The position numbers and the translations under genes are program-made. Of a stretch of DNA of 64,000 nt, positions 51,071 to 64,000 are shown piece by piece (the first letter of the stretch is position 1; each line of letters opens with the position of its first letter). This stretch comes from Eledone cirrhosa (Eukaryota). The DNA lies in NCBI GenBank assembly GCA_964016885.1, contig OZ024741.1, forward strand, positions 357,058,001 to 357,122,000. The letters are read 5' to 3'. The notes below the pieces were generated by a model, which worked only from the letters and a program-made list of their open reading frames with translations, had not been told where the DNA came from and ran no database searches.

Positions 51071-51255
51071 CATATCCATATATATATATATATATATATA
51101 GATATACACATATACATACATATCCATATATATATATAGATATACACTTATACATACATATATATATATACATATAGAGATATACATACGCATATATATA
51201 TAAATATGCATATATACATATATATATATATACATATTCATATACACATATATAT
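49465..51255. repeat. (TA)n/(CA)/(TCCA) microsatellite array
   Basis: Direct inspection. Confidence 0.95.
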
Positions 51256-52189
51256 ACTGGCGTCACGCAGTAATACAGGGTACCCGACCTCCCATGGGGA
51301 CATGCTGAAGCATATAAACAATGTGCCCCCCCCCCCCCACCGCAAGGTGGTCGTGGAGGTGCCACGGCAAAAAAGCACCCAGCCCACACTGTAAAGTGGA
51401 CGTGTAGGCGCCACGAAAAAGCACCCAACACTCACTGTAAATGAGGTTGGTGTTAGGAAGGGCATCCAGCTGTAGAAATCAAGCCAGATCAGTTCCTGTA
51501 TGAGCAAGGCATGGTCAGCCGACCAGACACTGCCCACAACAGGACAACCCGTCTAACCCATGCTAGCGTGGAAGAACGGACGTAAAACGGTGATGATGAT
51601 GATGATGATACATATTCATATAAATATATATACACATATATACAATGTAAAGTTATGTTGGTGCCACAACATCCAGGCCGAAACAAATGAGGTCGTGTAG
51701 GTGTCACGACAAATAAACACACAGTCCACGCTGTAATGTGGCCGTGTAGGCAACACGGTAAAAACCTCCCAGTCCCACACTGTAAATGTGGTTGGTGTTA
51801 GGAAGGGCATCCAGCTGTAGAAAATACGCCAGACAGTTCTATGCGAGCAAGACAACCACTCCTGCTACAAGTGGGAAAACTCCCGTCCAAACCCATGCAA
51901 GCTTGGAACATGGACGTTAAACGATGATGATGATGATATATTCATATATATATATATACATATATACATCCATATATATATATATATCCATATATATATA
52001 TATATTCATATATACATTCATATATATATGTATATATATATATATATCCATATATATATATATATATATATGGATGTATATATATATATATGAATATATA
52101 TATATATGTGTATATATATTTATATGAATATGTATATATATATATAAAGATGGCGTAGAAAATACAATGTAACGGGAGGAAACAATAGC

Positions 52190-52231
52190 ACCACTGACGC
52201 AGTTGCAGATGTGCAACGAAAAAACTTTGAT
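52190..52231 (+). ncRNA. Decayed HHR related to 49211-49255
   Basis: ctgacgc-a gttgca gatg tgcaac-GAAA-aaac-tt; upstream atggcgtag shared with ~49160. Confidence 0.5.
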
Positions 52232-52887
52232 AAACTATATATATGTGTTTGTGTCTATATTGTATCTGTATTATTTTTGACCGTTGGTCAGTCAATGGCA
52301 ACATTGAGGACCAAATAAATTAGATTACCGATATAAAGGACACAGAAGCGAAAAGCGAAAACCAACCAAACAGTGAGTGTGTTCTGTTATTAATTCTGGC
52401 AATATTACACAAATATGACCCTCCCGAAGTATAACAATACATATATATATATATATTCATATATATATATTCCTATATATATGTATATATATATCCATAT
52501 ATATATGTATATATATATATATATATCCATATATATATGTATATATATATATATTCCTATATATACATATATAAATATATATATATTCATATATATATTC
52601 ATATATATATGTATATATATATATTTATATATGTATATATATATATATTCATATATATATATATTTTCATATATATATATATATATATTTCATTTCATTT
52701 TTTTGAAATATATATATGCAAAAGTTCTATTTAAATTGTTGGGATACAACAAGCAAATATTTTTATAACTGATATAAAGCACTCGACAAGTATTTGGAGT
52801 AAATATACATCCCTGATGTCTTCCAAAAGTAACGGTTGCATTTTGAAAGGGTATGTCAATATTTATTTATAAAACTGGTATATATAG

Positions 52888-52952
52888 TATTTTGTCTGAT
52901 GAAAGCATACCATAATTTAACATGGTATCCTTGAAATATGTATAATAAAATA
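52888..52952 (+). ncRNA. Type I HHR
   Basis: tattttgt-CTGATGA-aag c ataccat..atggtat c ctt-GAAA-tatgta-TA-ataaaata. Confidence 0.8.
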
Positions 52953-53035
52953 GATATGGTTTTATAAATATAGTTTCCATTTGTTAATATCGTATATATA
53001 TATATATATATGCTACAATGTTTTCTATACCTTTC

Positions 53036-53100
<65 letters not shown>

Positions 53101-53380
53101 CATTCATATATATATATATATACATACGTTCATATATATATATATATATACATACATTCATATATATATATATTTATATATATACATACATTCATACATA
53201 TATATATCATCATCATCATTATCATGGGTTTGGACGGGAGTTTTCCCACTTGAGGCAAGAGTGGTTGTCTTGCTCGCTAGGACTGTTTGGCGGGTTTTCT
53301 ACGGCTGGATGCCTTTCCTAACACCAACCACATTTATATATATATCTTCATATATATATATATTCATATATATATATACA

Positions 53381-53447
<67 letters not shown>

Positions 53448-53593
53448 TCATATATATATATATATACATACATTCATATATATATATATATACATTCATT
53501 TATATATACAGATATATATACATTCATTTATATATACATATATATATATACATTCATATATATATACACACATATATATATATATATACATTC

Positions 53594-53661
<68 letters not shown>

Positions 53662-53819
53662 TCATATATATATATATTCATATATATATATATTCATATA
53701 TATATATACATTCATATATATATATATATATACGTTCATATATATATATATATATATATATTCCTATATATATATATTCCTATATATATATATTCATATA
53801 TATATTCATATATATATAC

Positions 53820-53876
<57 letters not shown>

Positions 53877-53883
53877 TATATAC

Positions 53884-53935
<52 letters not shown>

Positions 53936-54327
53936 TCATATATATATATACATTCATATATATATATATACATTCATATACATATATATACATGTGGAAG
54001 CTTAGTAAAATCGAAGCTTTGGCTGTGAGCAAGCAAAAGTCGACCTTCAATATGAATGAGTTAGCAAAGCACTCAATAAGGGTAGGTCCTGAGAGTAACA
54101 ACATACGTTTAAATAGCTTGACAAATTGAACATTGTGGTAGGCAAACCCAACACACAATAACAAAGAACGAAAAAAATAACAGGTTAAAAAAGATACACC
54201 TGGACAAATTAAACGATACAAGTTTAAAGTGTTTCTGTGAATCATATATATATAATATAATTGAATAGTATAGAAATTATTATGAGCAAGAAACACACAG
54301 TATTTCATAATATGTGACTATAGCGTC

Positions 54328-54359
<32 letters not shown>

Positions 54360-54683
54360 TATACGTGAAATGACAATAATGATGATTGATATTCATATAT
54401 ATATATTCTTATATATATACATATATGTATATATATTCTTATATATATATATATATTCATACATATATATATATTCATGTATATATACATATATATATAT
54501 ATTCATATATATATACATATATATATATATTCATATATATATACATATATATATATGCATATTCATATATATATACATATTCATATATATACATATACAT
54601 ATATATATACATATATATTCATATCATCATCATCATCATCATCATCATCATCGTTTAACATCCATATTCCATGCTTGCATGGG

Positions 54684-54718
<35 letters not shown>

Positions 54719-54752
54719 ATATTCATATATATATACATATTCATATATATAC

Positions 54753-54851
<99 letters not shown>

Positions 54852-55076
54852 CATATATAGATATATACATATATAGATATATACATATATAGATATACAT
54901 ATATATATATACATATATAGATATATACATATAGATATATACATATAGATATATACATATAGATATATACATATATAGATATATACATATATATATATAC
55001 ATATATATATATACATATATATATATACATATATATATATACATATATAGATATATACATATCCATATATATATAC

Positions 55077-55113
<37 letters not shown>

Positions 55114-55537
55114 GATATATACATATATATATATACATATCCATATATATATATACATATCCATATATATATATATATACATATACATATCATATATATA
55201 TACATATACATATCATATACATATACATATCATATATATATACATATACATATCATATATATATACATATACATATCATATATATATACATATACATATA
55301 CATATACATATCATATATATATACATATATAGATATATATACATATATAGATATATATACATATATAGATATATATACATATATAGATATATATACATAT
55401 ATATACATATATATACATATATATAATGTAGGAGGTGAGTTTTATTGTAGTACAATAAAACAATGCAGATATCGGATAAGAAGCACTCTACAGTTTGTAG
55501 GACTGGAGTATACATCTTTTGTTCTTATATATTATAC

Positions 55538-55568
<31 letters not shown>

Positions 55569-55575
55569 CATATAT

Positions 55576-56620
55576 GGAGGCACATGGCTTAGTGGTTAGA
55601 GCATTGGTTTTGCAATCAAAAGGTTGTGAGTTCAATTCTCAGACCGGGTGATATGTCCCAAATGCAAAGTATGGGTACATAAAAGATGTAGTGGGATCAC
55701 AGGTAAGCTAACTAAGAATATAGATTTTATATGTGACCGGTGCTCTGGTGCAATAAGTAGCAGCAAGTGCCCACAGAATACTAACTCATTCCATTGCACA
55801 GATGGTTCTATAGAAATAGTGGACACCTTCCGTTACCTGGGTGACAAAATCAGCAGTGGGAGAGGGTGCTCTCAAAGTACAGTAGCTAGAGTCAGAACGG
55901 GATGGAAAAAGTTCAGAGAGCTTATATCACTATTGGCCGCTAAAGGGTTCTCTCTAAAAATGAAAGGCAGGCTGTATGATGCCTGCATACAAACAGCAAT
56001 GTTACATGGCAGTGAGACCTGGACATTGTGTGCAGAGGATATACGCAGACTGGAGAGGAACGAAGCTTGCATGCTCCGCTGGATGTGTAATAGTAATATA
56101 CGTGAACGGCAAAGCATAAACGAACTAAGGAAAAAATTAGAAATAAGAGGGATCAGATGTTGTTTACTCGAGAGAAGACTACGTTGGTACGGTCACGTGA
56201 TGCGCATGAAAGACGACAGCTGTATAAAAAAGTGCAGGGCGATAAAAATAGACGGTAAGTACAAAGCGAAACCTACAGTCAGTAGGCACCTCTAACAAAA
56301 TACACCCCCACCACATCCACACCACCCCCTTAAATGTGAAGTTATGTTGGTACCACAACATCCATTCCGAAACAAATGAGGTCGTGTAGGTGTCACGACA
56401 AAAAAACACACAGTCCACGCTGTAATGTGGCCGTGTAGGTAACATGGTAAAAACCTCCCAGTCCACACTGTAAACGTGGTTGGTGTTAGGAAGGGCATCC
56501 AGCCATAGAAAACCCGCCAGGCAGTCCTATACGAGCAGGACAACAAATCTTGCCTCAAGTGGGAAACCTCCTGTCCAAACCCATGGAAGATGGACGTTAA
56601 ACGATGATGATGATGATGAT
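55576..56620 (+). mobile_element. SINE family 2 tRNA head (55576-55651) joined to an RTE 3' fragment (PHD to 3' UTR)
   Basis: ORF 55648-56295 matches the RTE C-terminus with a short deletion; 3' UTR and (GAT)n tail follow. Confidence 0.9.
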
Positions 56621-56639
56621 ATATGTATATATATATATG

Positions 56640-56772
<133 letters not shown>

Positions 56773-57119
56773 ATATATATATGTGTATATATATATCATA
56801 TATATATATGACATATATATAAGATATTTATCTATCATATATATATGAGATATATATATATATATGAGATATATATATATATGATATGTATATATATATC
56901 ATATATATATGAGATATATATATATATATGTATATATGATATGTATATATATATCATATATATATGATATATATATATATGATATATATATGAATATGTA
57001 TATATATATATATATGATATATATATATATGATATATATATGAATATGTATATATATATAAATATATATGTATGCAAAAGAAACCAAAGAACGTTTACAT
57101 ACTCAAACAGTCTTTATTT

Positions 57120-57164
57120 ACTTACAGTGTTTCATCCTCACCTTCTGGCAGGAATCTTCAGAGC
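57120..57164 (-). ncRNA. Type I HHR (mirror copy)
   Basis: Reverse complement of 57353-57397. Confidence 0.7.
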
Positions 57165-57352
57165 CTAATAAATACCGTGTTGAGTATAAGCTCCACAAAA
57201 ACCTATCCACTTATGGCTTGGCATTTAGCAGAGATGCTTAACAACCCCAGCATGCACCTCTTTGTTCGCCATCTCCAATCTCCCTATTTTTATTCTGATT
57301 GTTCATGTGACTAGGTTTTCGTGGAGCTTATACTCAACACTGTATTTATTAG

Positions 57353-57397
57353 GCTCTGAAGATTCCTGCCAGAAGGTGAGGATGAAACACTGTAAGT
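57353..57397 (+). ncRNA. Type I HHR, minimal stem III
   Basis: gct-CTGAAGA-t tcct gcc agaa ggt g agga t-GAAA-cactg-TA-agt. Confidence 0.7.
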
Positions 57398-57899
57398 AAA
57401 TAAAGACTGTTTGAGTATGTAAACGTTCTTTGGTTTCTTTTGCATATAACGGGTCTGTTATTGTACATTGAGCTAACACAATACTGCCATAATACAGTAC
57501 GGTGCGTGAGTGTTCATGCACATACGCTCCATGCTTTACGTAAATAAATATATATATATTCATATATATATGATATATATATATGAATATATATATATAT
57601 ATGTATGATATATATATGTATATATGATATATATATATGAGATATACATATATAAACAAATGACATATATACACATGATATATATATCTATCAAGCAGGG
57701 AAAAGTGGACGTAAAATGATGATTAAATATACATATACATATACATATTTGTGTACATACATGTATATATATAGTGTAGGTGGTTCAGTGAATTACTGCT
57801 GTTGGTACCAAAGCCAGCACTGTGCACAGACAGAGTATATATATATTCTGTATATATATTATATATAATAAAAAAAAAATATATATATAGAGAGAGAGA

Positions 57900-58769
57900 C
57901 GAGGTGGTATCAAAAACTTTCCAGACTAGTGTATGCATTCCAAAGGGAGGCAACACATGCTTGTGTGCAGTGAGGGCTAGACCTTCACGCGCCAATGTGC
58001 CATCGTTGCGTTCAGTTAGCAAGTTGTGAAATTTGTGTTTTTGTAATCATGTCTATGCTGAAGCCTGCGATTTTGACATGGATCGAAGTTGGGACAAAGA
58101 ACCAACAAGAAATTTTGCGTTCAACTTGGGAAGTATGTTACACAGACATTGAGGTACCAACAAGGTGATAGGTCTTATGCAATGTTTCAAGTGGCACAGG
58201 CGCCTTATAAGCGGAAGAACATCCCTGGAAGATGATGAGCAATCTGGAAGACCTGCCACGAGCATCACCACAGAAAATGTGGAGAAAATTAATCAGCAGA
58301 CTGTCAACTGAGAATTCTACTGTAACGTTTTCAGGCATTTGAGGGGAGACAGTCAGCGAAAGTGACGGGATTTGAGGGGTGTGAAGAATTGGATTCTTCA
58401 TGACGACAATGCACCTTATCACCCAGCTTTCCTCACTCACGAGTTTCTCACCAAAAACAACATTGTATCACTTCCACACTCCCCCTATTTGCCAGATTTA
58501 GCACCTGCAGACTTCCATCTTTTTCCAAGCTGAAAATGCAGCTCAAAGGTTATCATTTTAACACCATTGTCAAGATCCAGAGTGAATCGCAAAAGATTCT
58601 TGCCTTGCTTACAGAAAACGACTTCCAGGCCAGATTCCAAAAGTTTCAGGAACGCTTGGACTGGTGTATTGCTGTGCAAGGTGACTATTTCCAAGGAGAT
58701 GATGTTAAACTTTGGTAAATATATTAGTTTTTTTAAACATAACTACAGGAATTTTTCGACACCACCTCG
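57900..58769 (+). mobile_element. Internally deleted mariner transposon with decayed transposase
   Basis: TIRs cgaggtggtatcaaaaa / tttttcgacaccacctcg; WILHDDNAP, PYLPDLAPADFHLF, LKMQLKG, RLDWCIAVQGDYF. Confidence 0.9.
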
Positions 58770-59262
58770 TATATATATACTGTTGTACTTTGAGAGAGTC
58801 ATGCTGCAAATAAAAAAAACACACACACAAGCTTGTGTTTTCTTTTATTAGCAGCATGACCCTCCCAAAGTATAAAAATATCTGTTTCAGCACACATTTT
58901 CAGATAAAAGATCTTGCAAATATATACATATATATATATATATTAATATACACAGAGGTATCCACTGTAAGTTGTGGGGTATATTCTGTATGAAGAACTC
59001 AATGTAATCCATATGTTGTAGGTTAAGATAAATCTCAGAAAACAATAAAACATTAAAAGGAAAACAGAGTCATGATATAAGTTAAAACAATGAAATAAAA
59101 AATCAAGTCATTAGAGATATACTTCACTGCTTTACGATCGTTTCTAGATGGTGATAATACATTGTATCTATACTCAGTTATTGATCTATGTAAGTTTAAT
59201 ATATATATATATATATATATAATAAATATATATTAATATATATATATAAATATATATATATA

Positions 59263-59314
<52 letters not shown>

Positions 59315-59397
59315 AATATATATATATATATGTAAATATATATATATATATATAAATATATATATATATAAATATATATATATATATGTAAATATAT

Positions 59398-59436
<39 letters not shown>

Positions 59437-59589
59437 AATATATATATATAATATATATATATATTAATATATATATATTAATTAATATATATATATATTA
59501 ATATATATATATTAATTAATATATATATATATTAATATATATATGAAAAAGAACACAAGAGCGTCTACAACATCAAAAGATTTTTATTG

Positions 59590-59636
59590 GCTAACAATGT
59601 TTCTTCCTTACGTGTAACCGTAGGTTTCATCAGAGC
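59590..59636 (-). ncRNA. Type I HHR (mirror copy)
   Basis: Reverse complement of 60087-60133 with one stem II difference. Confidence 0.7.
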
Positions 59637-60086
59637 TATAAAAGGGGTTTGATTGGTGTTATGGACTCTACCAACCAAACACCCAAGAACAAAGAGTAAA
59701 GAGAGTAAAGAGCAAAAGTAGGGGACGATAAGTCTAATTTTGGTGCGGGAGGGTGGGGTGTTGGTCCTTATTTACTAGCTGCGGTCATATTCATTCCCGG
59801 GGGTCGGGTGGTTAGCTGAACCATAGATGGGGTGGCGTCGATAGTATGGTGTAGCCTCTGCGCACCCTCTGCACCATACTATCGACGCCACCCCATCTAT
59901 GGTTCAGCTAACCACCCGACCCCCGGGAATGAATATGACCGCAGCTAGTAAACAAGGACCAACACCCCACCCTCCCGCACCAAAATTAGACTTATCGTCC
60001 CCTACTTTTGCTCTTTACTCTCTTTACTCTTTGTTCTTGGGTGTTTGGTTGGTAGAGTCCATAACACCAATCAAACCCCTTTTATA

Positions 60087-60133
60087 GCTCTGATGAATCC
60101 TACGGTTACACGTAAGGAAGAAACATTGTTAGC
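60087..60133 (+). ncRNA. Type I HHR
   Basis: gct-CTGATGA-a tcc tacg gttaca cgta a gga a-GAAA-cattg-TT-agc. Confidence 0.72.
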
Positions 60134-61121
60134 CAATAAAAATCTTTTGATGTTGTAGACGCTCTTGTGTTCTTCTTCATATATACGGCTCTGCTCCAAA
60201 GCATAGAGCTAATTATTATGCTGCCAATACCTTAACGGGACACGGGTATATAATACCTAACTCCTACTAACCTAAGTATTTATATATTAATAGATATATA
60301 TATTATATATATATATTAATATATATATATAATATATATATATATTAATATATATATATAATATATATATATATATTAATATATATATATAATATATATA
60401 TATATATATTAATATATATATATAATATATATATATATATATTAATATATATATATAATATATATATATATATTTATATATATATATAATATATATATAT
60501 ATATTAATATATATATATAATATATATATATATATAATATATATATATATATTAATATATATATATAATATATATATATATATAATATATATATATATAT
60601 TAATATATATATATAATATATATATATATATTAATATATATATATAATATATATATATATATATTAATATATATATATATATTAATATATATATATATTA
60701 TATATATATATATATAATATATATATATATATTAATATATATATAATATATATATATATAATATATATATAATATATATAATATATATATATATAATATA
60801 TATATAATATATATATATATAATATATATATATATAATATATATATATATAATATATATATATATAATATATATATATATTAATATATATATATTATATA
60901 TATATATTAATATATATATAATATATATATATTAATATATATATTAATATATATATAATATATATATATATAATATATATATATATATAATATATATAAT
61001 ATTTATATAATATATATAATATATATATATATTAATATATATATATTATATATATATATTAATATATATATAATATATATATATATTAATATATATATAT
61101 TATATATATACATATATAATA

Positions 61122-61156
<35 letters not shown>

Positions 61157-61233
61157 ACGAAGGAGATGTGGTAAGGAACCAGGTGGACCATAACGCACCA
61201 AAGTACTCAATACTTGAGGTAGTAGAGTGGGTA

Positions 61234-61352
61234 ATAGGAACCAGTAAGACCCCGACAGCTGAGCTCAAGCCGTTTCGACGGCTAATTCTGGAGTCCAGAA
61301 TTAGCCGTCGAAACGGCTTGAGCTCAGCTGTCGGGGTCTTACTGGTTCCTAT
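61234..61352. repeat. Perfect palindrome, 59-bp arms, 1-nt spacer (family B)
   Basis: Centre at 61293. Confidence 0.95.
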
Positions 61353-61372
61353 ATATATATATATGTATATAT

Positions 61373-61468
<96 letters not shown>

Positions 61469-61543
61469 ATATATATATATATTATATATATATATTATAT
61501 ATATATAATATATATACATATATTATATATATATATATTATAT

Positions 61544-61575
<32 letters not shown>

Positions 61576-61704
61576 ATATATATAGATATTATATATATAT
61601 ATATAATATATATAGATATTATATATATATATATTATATATATATATATATATAATATATATATATATAATATATATATATATAATATATATATATATAA
61701 TATA

Positions 61705-61742
<38 letters not shown>

Positions 61743-61813
61743 TTATATATATATATATATTATATATATATAATATATATATATAATATATATATATAAT
61801 ATATATATATATA

Positions 61814-62001
61814 GGGCGGTGGATTGGCAGTGTTGGTAGAGGGTCGGACACCATGCTTTCTAGCATAGTTATGTCCCTTTACGATCTGAGTTCAAATCCC
61901 GCCGAGGTTGACTTTGCCTTTCATCCTTACGGGGTCGATAAAATAAAGTACCAGTAATGCACTGGGTATTTGCTGGCCTTGTGCCTAAAGTAGAAACAAT
62001 T
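61814..62001 (+). mobile_element. Full-length SINE family 1 copy
   Basis: ggcggtggattggcagtgttggtagag...gagttcaaatccc...tagaaacaattat. Confidence 0.85.
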
Positions 62002-62031
62002 ATATATATATATTATATATATAAATATATT

Positions 62032-62062
<31 letters not shown>

Positions 62063-62608
62063 TATACATATAATATATATATATATATATTATTTATATA
62101 TATATATTAATATATATATATTATATATAAATATATATATATATTATATATACGTTATTCCGGGTTGAAATGGAGGTAACCACAGTAAGTAAGGTACTCA
62201 ATATACTTATTTATATATATATTAATATATATATATATTAATATATATATATATTTATATATATATATTATTTATATATATATATTATTTATATATATAT
62301 TAATATATATATATATTATTTATATATATATTAATATATATATATATATATTATTTATATATATATTAATATATATATATATATATTATTTATATATATA
62401 TTAATATATATATATATTATTTATATATATATATTATTTATATATATATATATAATATTTATATATATACATTAATATATATATATTATTTATATATATA
62501 TGTATATATATATATATTATATATACGTTATTCCGGGTTGAATCGGAGGTAACCACAGTAAGTAAGGTACTCAATACATTGCAGAGTATAAAAGTTTTAA
62601 TATACATG

Positions 62609-62659
62609 AGATTCTACAGGACTAGAACTGTTTCATTCTTTAGAAATCATCAGGAATCT
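62609..62659 (-). ncRNA. Type I HHR (family A)
   Basis: Reverse strand agattc-CTGATGA-tttctaaagaat-GAAA-cagttctagtcctg-TA-gaatct. Confidence 0.8.
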
Positions 62660-62970
62660 ATGTATATATTATATTAATATATATATATAATATATATATA
62701 TTAATATATATATATATATATTACATATATATATATATATTACATATATATATATATTACATATATATATATATATTACATATATATATATATATTACAT
62801 ATATATATATATATTACATATATATATATATATTACATATATATATATTACATATATATATATATATTACATATATATATATATATATTACATATATATA
62901 TATATATTACATATATATATATATATATTACATATATATATATATATATTACATATATATATATATATAT

Positions 62971-63009
<39 letters not shown>

Positions 63010-63654
63010 CATATATATATATATATATTACATATATATATATATATATTACATATATATATATATATTACATATATATATATTACATTACATATATATA
63101 TATTACATAGATATATATATATTACATATATATATATTCCATATATATATATATATTACATATATATATATATTACATATATATATATTAAATATATATA
63201 TATTATATATATATTCCATATATATATTATATATATATTCCATATATATATATATATTCCATATATATATATTACATATATATATTACATATATATATTA
63301 CATATATATATATTACATATATATATATTACATATATATATATTACATATATATATATTACATATATATATATTACATATATATATATTACACATATATA
63401 TATATATTTATTATATATATATATATTTATTATATATATATATATTTATTATATAGATACATATTTATTATATATATATATATATATTATATATATATAT
63501 ATTTATTATATAGATACATATTTATTATATATATATATATTTATTATATATATATATATTTATTATATATTTATTATATATATATATATATATTTATTAT
63601 ATATATATATTACATATATATATATATTATATATATTATATATATTATATATAT

Positions 63655-63686
<32 letters not shown>

Positions 63687-63688
63687 TA

Positions 63689-63726
<38 letters not shown>

Positions 63727-63904
63727 CATATATATATATATTACATATATATATATTACATATATATATATTACATATATATATTACATATATATATATT
63801 ACATATATATATATTACATATTACATATATATATATTATATATATATATTACATATATATATATATATTATATATATATATATATTACATATATATATAT
63901 ATAT

Positions 63905-63939
<35 letters not shown>

Positions 63940-64000
63940 CATATATATATATATATTACATATATATATATATATTATATATATATATATATATTATATA

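Larger units (their letters stand above)
57071..57446. repeat. Inverted repeat, 135-bp arms, 106-bp spacer
   Basis: 57071-57205 vs 57312-57446, about 2 mismatches. Confidence 0.95.
59538..60185. repeat. Inverted repeat, ~313-bp arms, ~20-bp spacer
   Basis: 59538-59851 vs 59872-60185, a few mismatches and one indel. Confidence 0.95.
60280..64000. repeat. (TA)n arrays with TAA, TTA and TTACA variant domains, interrupted by short elements
   Basis: Direct inspection. Confidence 0.95.

Noticed and set aside
55576-55651. tRNA gene
   Set aside because: A/B boxes belong to a SINE head; no proper acceptor stem or terminator

Overview
AT-rich, repeat-dominated eukaryotic DNA; no host gene can be supported. 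The repeat complement resembles octopus/cephalopod genomes (inference only). A large share of the window is (TA)n-derived microsatellite, which explains the many 'YIYI' ORFs. Recognisable elements: one RTE LINE with an intact ORF (APE + RT + internal PHD-like finger) plus truncated copies, an internally deleted BovB-like RTE, an L1/Tx1 3' end, two SINE families, a mariner remnant, hAT, piggyBac and mariner MITEs, a Helitron-like element, and a Penelope-like (PLE) GIY-YIG fragment. The most striking signal is a dense set of type I hammerhead ribozyme (HHR) motifs from several unrelated families, about 10 canonical plus several decayed. Most sit in (TA)n tracts. Many form head-to-head fold-back palindromes with an HHR on each strand and a one-sided 3' tail, and the tails often share a (T)TGAGTRCT motif. 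All folds were made by eye; ribozyme activity is untested.
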